Positions 6,804 through 16,094 of a DNA stretch of 64,000 nucleotides are shown one piece after another. Numbering within the stretch: the stretch's first letter is position 1; each line of letters begins with the position of its first letter. The DNA comes from Candidatus Micrarchaeota archaeon (lineage in GTDB: Archaea > Micrarchaeota > Micrarchaeia > Anstonellales > J096). The translations under genes were made by a program, and so were the position numbers. The notes below the pieces were generated by a model, which did no database searches, was not told the origin of the DNA, and saw only the letters and a list, made by a program, of their open reading frames with translations. Where the stretch lies: NCBI GenBank assembly GCA_026982895.1, contig JALWQW010000019.1, positions 16,500 through 80,499 on the forward strand. The letters run 5' to 3'.

Positions 6804-9458
6804 ATGTTTTTCAGAGCTTTAGAGCTATATTGTGTTTATAACATGCAACATGTGGCTATTTTTAAACCCTATGTTTCAAAAAAATACTTTATGGACCATC
6901 GCATGAAGAAATTAGAGGATTTAACCAGACCCAAAAATCCTTCCATAAATCAAGAACCACTTTTGGATAACCCTAAGAATGTAGTCAAAAAAGCTAAGGC
7001 CCTTATTGACAAGGGAGACATAGGTGCTGCAAGGGATATATTGGAAGGTGCTTTGAAACATAATAAGAAAAATCCTTATATACTAAGCTTATTAATATTT
7101 ACATATAACAAAGGAGGGGATATTGAAGCTGCAAAAGCCATTCATTCTAAATACAAAGATGCTTTCAATGAAGTTGTGTATACAAATTTAATCTTTACAT
7201 ATTCAAAAAATAATATATTAGATTTAGCGTTGAGTGCATATCATGAGGCTAAGGAAAGAGACTTAATAAACATCAATGCTGTTAAAAATATAGTAGAAAT
7301 GCTTCTTGACAACCGCCGATTTAAGACAGCTTTAAATATAGCCAAGGATTTCAGTTTCTCTAAAAAGGATGCAAGACCTATAATCAAATATCTTTCTTAT
7401 ATCTACATCAATTCAATTAAAGATGCTGGAGAGAAGATAGGCAAGATTATAAACGAGGCTCCTAAAGAGCTGAAATTTTCTATTGTAAAAGGTCTATTTA
7501 AGAATATCCCAACAAAGACCGGCCAAAAGAAATTGATCAAGCTGTTAAAACTCTATTTGGATACTGATTTAGTGTATGCTGCATATTATATAGGGACTAA
7601 CCGTAAATCGACAATTGAAATTGAAGGTGTTTTAAGCAAAATAACTAATGCTGATGTTGCCTTATATCTTAAGAGATATCTTATAGAGTTATACTTCGAT
7701 GTGAAGGATTATGCTCGTGCTGAAGCTCTTTTTAAATCAATAGAGCCATCTGTTTCTTACTCACATATTTCCCGTCTTCTTAGCTATTACACTAACAAGA
7801 GGGACGTAAAGAAGGCGGAAGAGCTATTCGCACGCCTTAGAGATAATCACAAGGCAGATATATTTGATTATACAAATATGCTTAATTTGTATGCGGAAAT
7901 AGGCGATATCAAGGCTGCTGAAAGACTTTATGCCGAGTTACCTTTCCCACCTGACGACATCTTTTTGACGACTCTCATGAAGGTTTATTCTCGTTTTTCC
8001 ATCATTGACAAAACTGAGGAGATATTTAATAAGCTTCGTAAACCAAATATTAAAGCATATAACATACTTCTAAATACATATATCTCTGTTTTTGACCTAG
8101 ATAAAGCTACAAAAATTGCTGAAAAGATGAGACATAGGGGTTTTGTTGACGATTATACTATAACATCCTTTTTCATCTTATATGCTTTCAATGGAAATGC
8201 TGAAAGAATTGATGAGCTTGCCAAAAAACTTAAACATCGTGATGATGTAGCACTAGCATCTTTATGGAGAGCATATATTCTTTTGGGTAGATTTGATAAG
8301 GCTGATGCTGTATTAAATGAAGTTATCAATAGAAATATTTTAACAGACACCTTTAAATTTACGGTTATAAACACTCTTATAGACCTCGATCTTCGTGATA
8401 AATTGGAGGAGTTGTTACCTCTATTGGATGTTGTGTTATTAAATAAATCCCTACGCGTTAAATTATGTGCTTATCTGAATAAAGACGATGAAACAAAAAA
8501 ACTTGCTGAAGAGATCCTCAATGATTCTGAGAGCTCATATATTACTTATTTCAATCTCGTTAGAATTCTTATAAATTTTAATTATTATCCATTGGTTTAC
8601 AAAGCTATAGAACGCTTAAAGGATAATGATACTCTTTACTATAATTCATTATATAAGGTGCTGGATGATCTAGCCAATAAGGGCGACATTAGAGAAATAA
8701 AAAAGGTTGATGAACTTTACTTAACAGGATGCACACGCGGAGAAAAACAGAGATCCTTAGATTTATTCATATTAAAAGCATATTATAAAGCGCGCAAATA
8801 TGACGAGATGGAGAATTATTATAGAACTATTAAAGGTAATAGTGTCAGTTTTGAAGTACATTCTTTTATGTTCTCCTACTTTGTTAAGAGGGGTATGATA
8901 AATAATGCTGAGGAGGAATTATCATACATTAGAAATATTTCTTCAGAGAGGTATTATAAAGCATATATAAGTTATTTGTATATTACAAAAAATTACGAAA
9001 GAATATTGTCTCTAAAACCTCCAAAACATGAGACATTACTTTACACATATTATTCTATGAAAGCAGAAGCGTTTAGAAAGTTAAGACGGTACAATGAGTT
9101 AGAGGACTATTTGGAATTCTTGCGGGAAACTATTCCTAAACCTTCGAATTTATTACACATACGCCGTTTTGAAGTGTTTAGAAGTGATTTAGATTTAATA
9201 GAGGCCTACGCTACTTTGAGTAGGAATAAGGTCTTAGCTGGAAAAATGTTCCGCGATATTTATAAAAGAATGAAACCTTATGATAAAGGATATGTTAGAA
9301 CAATTGTTGGTATTGTTTTCGCACGTGCATACTCTGAAGAGGAAGCTCATTATTTCAAGGAATTTTTAGAAGGTCTTTTAGAACAACCTCTTCGTGGAAT
9401 TAATTCTAAGGCAGATATCGAGAATGCTATTAAAATATTGGAGGAGAAAGGTTATTAA
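6804..9458 (+). CDS. Pentatricopeptide-repeat (PPR)-like alpha-solenoid protein; true start may be 6891 or 6903
   Basis: About 9 motifs of 31-36 aa, e.g. FNEVVYTNLIFTYSKNNILDLALSAYHEAKERDL, ADIFDYTNMLNLYAEIGDIKAAERLYAELPF and PNIKAYNILLNTYISVFDLDKATKIAEKMRHRGF. These match the PPR consensus (Y)N.LI..Y...G....A..L...M. Confidence 0.75.
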   Translation: MFFRALELYCVYNMQHVAIFKPYVSKKYFMDHRMKKLEDLTRPKNPSINQEPLLDNPKNVVKKAKALIDKGDIGAARDILEGALKHNKKNPYILSLLIFTYNKGGDIEAAKAIHSKYKDAFNEVVYTNLIFTYSKNNILDLALSAYHEAKERDLININAVKNIVEMLLDNRRFKTALNIAKDFSFSKKDARPIIKYLSYIYINSIKDAGEKIGKIINEAPKELKFSIVKGLFKNIPTKTGQKKLIKLLKLYLDTDLVYAAYYIGTNRKSTIEIEGVLSKITNADVALYLKRYLIELYFDVKDYARAEALFKSIEPSVSYSHISRLLSYYTNKRDVKKAEELFARLRDNHKADIFDYTNMLNLYAEIGDIKAAERLYAELPFPPDDIFLTTLMKVYSRFSIIDKTEEIFNKLRKPNIKAYNILLNTYISVFDLDKATKIAEKMRHRGFVDDYTITSFFILYAFNGNAERIDELAKKLKHRDDVALASLWRAYILLGRFDKADAVLNEVINRNILTDTFKFTVINTLIDLDLRDKLEELLPLLDVVLLNKSLRVKLCAYLNKDDETKKLAEEILNDSESSYITYFNLVRILINFNYYPLVYKAIERLKDNDTLYYNSLYKVLDDLANKGDIREIKKVDELYLTGCTRGEKQRSLDLFILKAYYKARKYDEMENYYRTIKGNSVSFEVHSFMFSYFVKRGMINNAEEELSYIRNISSERYYKAYISYLYITKNYERILSLKPPKHETLLYTYYSMKAEAFRKLRRYNELEDYLEFLRETIPKPSNLLHIRRFEVFRSDLDLIEAYATLSRNKVLAGKMFRDIYKRMKPYDKGYVRTIVGIVFARAYSEEEAHYFKEFLEGLLEQPLRGINSKADIENAIKILEEKGY

Positions 9459-9511
9459 GTTGGCAACTTAATATGACCTCCCCATTAATCTTCCGATGGC
9501 AGAGAGTAAGG

Positions 9512-9594
9512 CGCCGGGGAAGGGATTTGAACCCTTGCGCCCATAAGGACACCGGATCTCGAGTCCGGCGCGTTAACCACTCCGCCACCCCGGC
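9512..9594 (-). tRNA. tRNA-Ser(CGA)
   Basis: CCGGA-CTCGAGA-TCCGG anticodon arm, long variable arm, G discriminator. Confidence 0.97.
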
Positions 9595-9763
9595 TTAGCT
9601 TTATCTTATGGCTGGGAATATTTAAAAAGGTAAGAGCGCATCTTTTCACTATATTAGGTGGTTTTATCGCTAATCCTTAAACAAATTGGGAATACTCCCA
9701 TGGTTATTGAAAAATCATAGATTCATATAACTTTTCTAACATTTCGATACTCTCTATTTTTTA

Positions 9764-11116
9764 TTAAGGTGTTAAATGTCTGCTTTTCTCCTTGAGAGCT
9801 TTTTCAATTTGCTTACATTGGCTTGCTATATCTTTTTTTCCTTTTCTTTTGGCAGACTCACCGATAATGCCAATACTAATCCTTCCTTTTATCACATCCT
9901 CCCAATTAACATCAGGATCAGCTAAGAGTTGTCGTCCAAATTTTAGACATTGAGAGCTTGCTTTCTCTATTCCCAAGAAATCTATCATTACATATGGGTT
10001 TAAATCATCGGTGATTAACTTATAATCCTTTTCTTTTAGGGCTTTTTCGAAAGCCTTCTCTACACCCTCTCCAATTTTTTCGTCAATCTCTTTTTCCCAT
10101 TCCTTTGCTTCTTCACTTCCTCTTTCGGAGATAAAGGTCATAATTGCAAGGGATTTTAATTTAGATATATCATCTGCTGTGAAGTGTTCCTCTATATATG
10201 TTGGAAAGTCATCTAATAGTCTTTCATAAAGGCCATTCATTTGAGCGGCAAAGTAATCGCTAAGATCCTCCAGCTCGCGAAATGTTGGATCCTCCTGCTC
10301 TTTATATGAATGTACTACTGTATAAAATAGCAGGTTGTGTAGAGCAGATAGGATCTTCCAATCCTTTTTATTCATATAATCGTCTATCATATCATATATG
10401 TTCATATATTCATCATTTTGATCCAAAGCATCATCTATATCTTCAATGAGGTTTAGACCTAAATAACTCATGCTATCACAGTGCGTTAGGAAATCTTCCC
10501 ACATTCCGCTATTCACCGCGTAATTTATGATGTTCTTATAATCATCTTCAGTTAGTTCTAGCTCTTTATGATATACAGAGTAATTACTTAATGAGGAGAA
10601 AATATCATTTATAGATGTCCATTTATCATAGTAACTTAAAGTTTGTATGGCAGGGAGATATATATTTGGCATTCCTCTAGCTTTTAAGACCACATTAACC
10701 ATAGTGTCCCATCGTTCTTCTTGTGCTAGTATCTGAAAGGCATAGTTTATGAGTGACTTGTCTTGGAGTGATAAAATAAAATCTCTTATATCTTCCACGT
10801 TGCCTTCCTTCATCAATTTATCTATGAATCTGTAGATGCTTTTACTGTCTTCTGATGTTTTTTCTTTCTTCTGATAGCTCTTTGGTGTATGTATTGCAAG
10901 TTTTTTGGTATTTGACTTTACTGGCTGTTCTACCCTTTTTGATATTAGGGGTTTTCCAATTAGCTCTTTACGAGAAGCTGTAACATGAAGAGAACTTTCT
11001 ATAAACAGTGTGGCTGCACCTATGGCACCTATGATTCCTAAAGTCTTCTTTATATTTCCTTTTTTCCTTTCTTTATTAGTTTGTATTTTTGTTAGCATAG
11101 TTACACTTTTTGACAC
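9764..11116 (-). CDS. Hypothetical secreted or membrane-anchored acidic helical protein; likely start 11098
   Basis: Basic N-terminus plus hydrophobic TLGIIGAIGAATLFI, then an alpha-helical D/E-rich body. Confidence 0.55.
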   Translation of the reverse strand: MSKSVTMLTKIQTNKERKKGNIKKTLGIIGAIGAATLFIESSLHVTASRKELIGKPLISKRVEQPVKSNTKKLAIHTPKSYQKKEKTSEDSKSIYRFIDKLMKEGNVEDIRDFILSLQDKSLINYAFQILAQEERWDTMVNVVLKARGMPNIYLPAIQTLSYYDKWTSINDIFSSLSNYSVYHKELELTEDDYKNIINYAVNSGMWEDFLTHCDSMSYLGLNLIEDIDDALDQNDEYMNIYDMIDDYMNKKDWKILSALHNLLFYTVVHSYKEQEDPTFRELEDLSDYFAAQMNGLYERLLDDFPTYIEEHFTADDISKLKSLAIMTFISERGSEEAKEWEKEIDEKIGEGVEKAFEKALKEKDYKLITDDLNPYVMIDFLGIEKASSQCLKFGRQLLADPDVNWEDVIKGRISIGIIGESAKRKGKKDIASQCKQIEKALKEKSRHLTP

Positions 11117-11314
11117 GAAATCTTTATAAACCTATTTTCATTTCCCTTTAACATGGCCACAATGGAAGAGGCTCTTAAGGAACTCTCCGTTAATCATGAA
11201 CTGCCATTCACACTCAACATCAAAGCATATTCAAAATTCTACAAGAAAATTGGCTTGGAGATGATCAAAATATTTTAAAAATCTGAGAGCAGCTTTTATA
11301 TTTTTTGGTTTCTA

Positions 11315-12058
11315 TTGTACCTTATGCCACCGAAAAAAAGGGCTGCTAATAAAAAATCCAATATGAATATTGAATCCTCTACCGAAGTAAAGATGAATAT
11401 CGATGGTGTCGAGAAAGTCTTCAATAGTAAGGAAGAGGCTATGGCGTATCTAAAAGAGCATCATCCTGAATTGCATGACATATATTCCAAACTTAATGAT
11501 GCTATTAGTGAAGAAATTTCCACAAAAACTTTTGCATTTGGTATAAATTTTCCAAACTCAAAGCACTCAACTCTCTTAACATCTCGCACAAATATTACGC
11601 TTGACATAAACAAAGACGGCAAAAAACAGCATCTCGTTTTCCATTCATTTGATGAATATAAGCAGTATCTTAAAGAGAATTACCCTGAATTATACAAACG
11701 CATGGAACACTTCGGTGTTTTTTCAAAGCCCCACTTCTATAATCCTCTTTTCAGTACCAAGTCTTCCCGGAAACCTTCTAAATCTCATGGGCAGAATGAT
11801 AACAACTTAACCTCCAATGATGATATTCATGAGGCTCTCCGCACTACAGACGATCCAATAAAGGATTTTGTCGAGATGGTCTCTGGTGAATTTGAATATA
11901 CAAACGAAGTCAAGGAGGATGATGTAAGGATGATTGCTCTTAGCCTTGGCTTGAATTTGGACTCAAGATTGGAGCGCGCCCTCAATAAGGCAGGCATATA
12001 TAAAAAGCGAAAAGGCTTTTTGGGTTTATTTGGAGAACCTGTTTATGTAAGAACATGA
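11315..12058 (+). CDS. Hypothetical protein with an internal duplication
   Basis: DG...VF.S.EE...YLKE..PEL occurs twice. Confidence 0.55.
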   Translation: MYLMPPKKRAANKKSNMNIESSTEVKMNIDGVEKVFNSKEEAMAYLKEHHPELHDIYSKLNDAISEEISTKTFAFGINFPNSKHSTLLTSRTNITLDINKDGKKQHLVFHSFDEYKQYLKENYPELYKRMEHFGVFSKPHFYNPLFSTKSSRKPSKSHGQNDNNLTSNDDIHEALRTTDDPIKDFVEMVSGEFEYTNEVKEDDVRMIALSLGLNLDSRLERALNKAGIYKKRKGFLGLFGEPVYVRT

Positions 12059-12095
12059 GCGAAAGCTTTATAAACCTCCAAAACAAAGATACAAT

Positions 12096-12752
12096 ATGTC
12101 AGATCTCGCCCGCCAATATAAGCCCTATTTTCAGGCAGAAGTTAAGGAGTTAATTTCTAAAGGCAAAAAATGCTTTTCTGAGAAGATAAAATATATTAAG
12201 CCGTTGAGGGGTTTTAAACTAAAATTTAAGCAAAAAGTAGAAGAGATTGAGGGCACATCAATAGCTTCTGTCCAAGAAGTAAGTGCTTTCAAGGGAAGGT
12301 TAATCTCCGTTTTTGCTATATTCAATAAAGGTGAGGGCGAATCCTTTGCGGTTACAAATTATGGCGATGACTTCAAGGGATTGGCATTGGCTTTGTCTTC
12401 CAACATATTTAACAAAGTGGAAGGTTCTGTTTATGGCGTTTTCAATTATACAGCAAAAGGTAGAGGTTCGATGTCTTCAATATATAGTAATCTTGTTGAG
12501 GATTATAACGGTGCTCTTTTCTCACTTTTCTTCAATAAGATAATGGGCACATTGAGGGGTTTATCTATCTCACCTTTTCTTCATTATAGAAATATTGATG
12601 GCACAGCTTATGCTATCGTTGCTATTCGTTGTTTAGATGTTCATAGCAAAGAAGCTCACCTACCAAGTGAAGCAAATATAAAAGCTTTGATTCATCTTAT
12701 TGTTAGAAGAGATAATCGACAAGTCTTAAAGGTCGAGACGCCAACCTTTTAA
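12096..12752 (+). CDS. Hypothetical protein (weak GNAT-like motif only)
   Basis: 218-aa ORF with TTTATAAA about 21 nt upstream. FNYTAKGRGSMSSIY only loosely resembles GNAT motif A. Confidence 0.5.
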   Translation: MSDLARQYKPYFQAEVKELISKGKKCFSEKIKYIKPLRGFKLKFKQKVEEIEGTSIASVQEVSAFKGRLISVFAIFNKGEGESFAVTNYGDDFKGLALALSSNIFNKVEGSVYGVFNYTAKGRGSMSSIYSNLVEDYNGALFSLFFNKIMGTLRGLSISPFLHYRNIDGTAYAIVAIRCLDVHSKEAHLPSEANIKALIHLIVRRDNRQVLKVETPTF

Positions 12753-12776
12753 AGCTCTATTGTATAAGGCATTCCT

Positions 12777-13049
12777 ATGGCAAGAGTATATGTTAAGAAC
12801 GATGACAAGTGGATAGATGTCCCAGATGGCAGTAAGCTTAGCGTCCTTAATGGACAGTGTTCTATTATCTTTGCCTGTGAGGAAGGTGTATGTGGAAGTT
12901 GCCTCTCGACCATTTTGGAAGGTGCTGAGAACCTTGAGCCTCCTACAGACAAGGAGAAGCAGAACCTCCAAATGTTTGGCGGTAAAGAGAATCAAAGGCT
13001 CCTCTGCCAGACGGTAATTAAAGGTGGAGAGGTTAAGATTGAACAATAA
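12777..13049 (+). CDS. 2Fe-2S ferredoxin (plant/adrenodoxin-type fold)
   Basis: C-x4-C-x2-C (ACEEGVCGSC) plus a distal RLLCQ. Confidence 0.92.
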   Translation: MARVYVKNDDKWIDVPDGSKLSVLNGQCSIIFACEEGVCGSCLSTILEGAENLEPPTDKEKQNLQMFGGKENQRLLCQTVIKGGEVKIEQ

Positions 13050-13452
13050 TCCTTTTTTTCTTTATTTAAAGGAGCGTTTTGGTCTTTCTCTACCTAATAA
13101 TTTAGAGGTCTATGAAACAGAAAACAAAGTTTTTATATACACTAAAGAGTTAAATTATGAAAATGTCGAGAGGGTCGAGAGAAGGGGTCTTTTAGCAGCT
13201 ACGAAGAGCAAGACCTATAAACCCACGACGAATTTCTTACAGGTTTTTGGTGAGTTAGCTCTTAAACATGTTGTTTTTTTGAGCAAAGAGCAAAGCTATG
13301 CTTTTGCCAAAGGAGAATCTCTTCCTATCGAGACAGAGTGGAGAGGTTATGTTGTTGTATTGAGTGAAGATAGCAGGGCCTTAGGCTGTGGTCTGGCTAA
13401 AGATGGGCAATTAATCAATCAGGTGGCAAAGAGCAGGCGTTTAAGGTATTAA
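13024..13452 (+). CDS. PUA-like RNA-binding protein (RsmF C-terminal / NIP7-like)
   Basis: GLLAA...YKPTTNFLQ...LSKEQSYAFAKGESL...GYVVV...LGCG...LIN pattern. Confidence 0.6.
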   Translation: MERLRLNNNPFFLYLKERFGLSLPNNLEVYETENKVFIYTKELNYENVERVERRGLLAATKSKTYKPTTNFLQVFGELALKHVVFLSKEQSYAFAKGESLPIETEWRGYVVVLSEDSRALGCGLAKDGQLINQVAKSRRLRY

Positions 13453-13476
13453 ATTCTTTCGGTCATTTATTTATGT

Positions 13477-14334
13477 ATGCTTAAAAATTCAATTTCCCTT
13501 TCGTTTGGCTCCAATATATATTCAGTTAGAGAGGTTAATCCAAAAGCCTCTATTTGGAAGATAGGTATTAAGTTTGGCCCTCTTCTAGATATTTTTGCTC
13601 ATTTTTCAGCACCAAGGCGCTTTTTCGAAATCTCAAAAGGATCTAAGCGATGCGTCCTACCCCTAATTTATAACATATTTCCCGACCACACACATATTTT
13701 ACTAGGGCCTCCTCTTAAAAGGAATAAAAAGACAGGACTATGTTCTTTTCCATGTAATCATTTAGGACATATTCTCAAGGATGAGATTCCAAAAAAGCAT
13801 CTAAAAAATAACTCTTTATACTGTGGTTTTTTCCTTCCCCTAATTGAAGAGTATAGCGAGCTTTTTACGAATCTCAATAAACTTGGTTTTATACATGTTG
13901 GTTTAGTGCCATTTTTATATGAAGATACGGATGAGCCTCTAATAACTGCTTTTTTGGTTAAGGGTGGAAGACCTAATTTTTCTCTTGGTCGGATTTCCTC
14001 ATCCCTTTACAATTTTATTCACTCTTTTGGTTTGGAGAGTCATTTTACTCTATCTTATCATATAAATCTGAGTGAATTTTCTCCTTTTCAGCCATCTAAT
14101 GAAACACTCTTATCAATTCCTTCGCCAGGTGAGGACCATTTTTCTTTTACTAATAGACAATTTCTTCCTGTGCTTTTCTTTCCTTTCAGTTCAGTAACGC
14201 CTATTTGGTACCTCTCTTTAACTAAAGATGATTTCAAGATAGTTAAGCAGATTCTATTCGATATTCCAAACGAAATTCTACAGTATATACCGCAGTTAGA
14301 TTATCTCATGAGAATCTTCAATGTAAAATATTAA
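13477..14334 (+). CDS. Hypothetical protein
   Basis: 285-aa ORF rich in F/L/P/S, no recognised family. Confidence 0.45.
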   Translation: MLKNSISLSFGSNIYSVREVNPKASIWKIGIKFGPLLDIFAHFSAPRRFFEISKGSKRCVLPLIYNIFPDHTHILLGPPLKRNKKTGLCSFPCNHLGHILKDEIPKKHLKNNSLYCGFFLPLIEEYSELFTNLNKLGFIHVGLVPFLYEDTDEPLITAFLVKGGRPNFSLGRISSSLYNFIHSFGLESHFTLSYHINLSEFSPFQPSNETLLSIPSPGEDHFSFTNRQFLPVLFFPFSSVTPIWYLSLTKDDFKIVKQILFDIPNEILQYIPQLDYLMRIFNVKY

Positions 14335-14337
14335 AGC

Positions 14338-15009
14338 TTAATCCTTCACAACTGTGCCGTTGTGAGATTCTCCTCTTAATGCAGCTGCCACATTTTCAAC
14401 CTGCTTGTTGACAAAATGCACTTCTATATTTGACCTTGCTGAAAGTTTAGCCGCTAAAACATCAAATACGAAATGTGTTCCAGCCTTTCTTTTATCAAAG
14501 CCTTCTGCCATCTCAACCAATCTAGCGTGACTCATGGAGGAGATTTTCTTTGCTCCTTCTTCTTTAGGGTCTCTATCATATACAGCATCTACATTGCTTA
14601 TATTTACGATGCGCTTCGCACCAACAACCTCTGCCAGCATGACTGCATCTGCATCTGTTGTTATGCCTGGAATTGTCCCACCCATTACCACTATTTTATA
14701 TGTGTTCAGAAGCGATGCTGCTTTTCTAAAATCATCAGGTGCATAAGGACAGACATCCTTCAAAGCAGAGATGACGAGTTGAGCATTTTGTCTAGTTTCC
14801 AATATGGCAACTTCATCTGCCAAAAATTCGTTGCCAGAAATCTGCCGCACGGCGTTTGCATAAGTCCTTGCATAGGTGCCGCCGCCCGTTGTTATGCCCA
14901 ATTTTCCTCCAAATTCGTTGAAAACCTTTGCTAATGCCTTTATAGTCTCTACATCTGGCTCTCCAGGGTTTATTACGCTACCTCCTAAACTTATGACAAC
15001 TTTCTCCAT
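14338..15009 (-). CDS. pyrH: Uridylate kinase (archaeal)
   Basis: VISLGGSV, TGGGTYAR, MGGTIPGITTDADA, NVDAVYDRDP. Confidence 0.95.
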   Translation of the reverse strand: MEKVVISLGGSVINPGEPDVETIKALAKVFNEFGGKLGITTGGGTYARTYANAVRQISGNEFLADEVAILETRQNAQLVISALKDVCPYAPDDFRKAASLLNTYKIVVMGGTIPGITTDADAVMLAEVVGAKRIVNISNVDAVYDRDPKEEGAKKISSMSHARLVEMAEGFDKRKAGTHFVFDVLAAKLSARSNIEVHFVNKQVENVAAALRGESHNGTVVKD

Positions 15010-15013
15010 ATAA

Positions 15014-16057
15014 TCACCCTTTGGTTATGTTATACATATTGCCGTCATACCTCAATACGAGCTGTTTTTCGTTGCCGACGCTATACCTTTTTATATCTCG
15101 TATCTTAAAGTAACGAGAGAAGAAGTCTCGTGGGTCTTCAACAACCTCTGTCCTGTCGAAATTTATGCCTCTTCCTTCGAATATGGCTGCTTCTGGACTT
15201 AAATGGTCCATTAAAACAGTCATTGGCGATGTGCCAGTGCCGCCTTGAGTAGCAGCCCTTCCATAGCTTGGGACTGTCATTACCTGCACTTTTTGATAAT
15301 CGCCTGTTGAGACAATTCTGCCAACAACACCTTCTATTATGTCGTTGGCTATGAACATTGAAAAGTTTCTATCATTTAAGTAAAAGGATAGTGCGTTGTT
15401 TCTAGCGTCTATGAATGCATCCTTATATGGTGTGGCAAACCTCAATGTTAGACCAGCACCTGTTATAATATCTCCTTTTGCGAATTTTTTCACACTTATG
15501 TTCATACCTTGGGCTTTGCTTTTCAATGAGTTTATGTCGGCGTCATTATAATCAGGAAATACTGCTGTCGCCGTTGGCACACTCTCTATTACAGCGCCGT
15601 CATCTTCACCATTTATGCTGCTTGGCACAATTAAATATTCTAAATCGTCTGCGTATTTTGTTAAGTAAAAGACGGCATCCTCTCCTTTCCCTTCAGGAAT
15701 GTTTATTACTCCAATGTCGAAATCACCTTTTGATATCAATATAATCCTGCCATCTTCGTCGTTATTGCTCATATCTATGAACATAATGCGGAGGGTGTCG
15801 TTTTCTGTGGCGGTGTAATTGGACAAATTAATGGCACTTTTGTTTATCTCTAGGCCGGGCTTTTTGTGTGTATCATTTTTCAATGTCGGTTTGTAGAGCA
15901 CCTCTGTCTCGCTGAGGATTGTAAAATTATATGTTATAGGTGTTTCACCGCCCCCGAAGAAGCCACTTTTGTTATTATTGTCGCCTCCTATGCAGCCTGC
16001 CAACAGTAGCACTATCAACACAATGCTTGTGAAAATTAGTAATTTGCCAGCCATCAC
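15014..16057 (-). CDS. Lipoprotein with a degenerate ComEC/Rec2-type metallo-beta-lactamase domain
   Basis: Lipobox LLLAGC; LRIMFID...IILIS; NNALSFYL...FSMFIAND (cf. NN.S......FS.LF.GD); VQVMTVPSYG (cf. LKV.HHGS). HxHxDH is absent. Confidence 0.55.
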   Translation of the reverse strand: MMAGKLLIFTSIVLIVLLLAGCIGGDNNNKSGFFGGGETPITYNFTILSETEVLYKPTLKNDTHKKPGLEINKSAINLSNYTATENDTLRIMFIDMSNNDEDGRIILISKGDFDIGVINIPEGKGEDAVFYLTKYADDLEYLIVPSSINGEDDGAVIESVPTATAVFPDYNDADINSLKSKAQGMNISVKKFAKGDIITGAGLTLRFATPYKDAFIDARNNALSFYLNDRNFSMFIANDIIEGVVGRIVSTGDYQKVQVMTVPSYGRAATQGGTGTSPMTVLMDHLSPEAAIFEGRGINFDRTEVVEDPRDFFSRYFKIRDIKRYSVGNEKQLVLRYDGNMYNITKG

Positions 16058-16094
16058 CCTTTTTTAGAGGCAAAGGTTTTAATTCTTCCCGCCT

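Noticed and set aside
6576-9594. Integrated mobile element at tRNA-Ser or tRNA-Thr carrying the PPR gene
   Set aside because: No duplicated tRNA 3' end (att site), integrase or transposase was found. Only the low GC suggests foreign origin.
11153-11278. 41-aa small ORF MATMEEALKEL... downstream of a TTTATAAA box
   Set aside because: No recognisable motif, and the palindromic TATA is equally explained as the promoter of the divergent gene starting at 11098.
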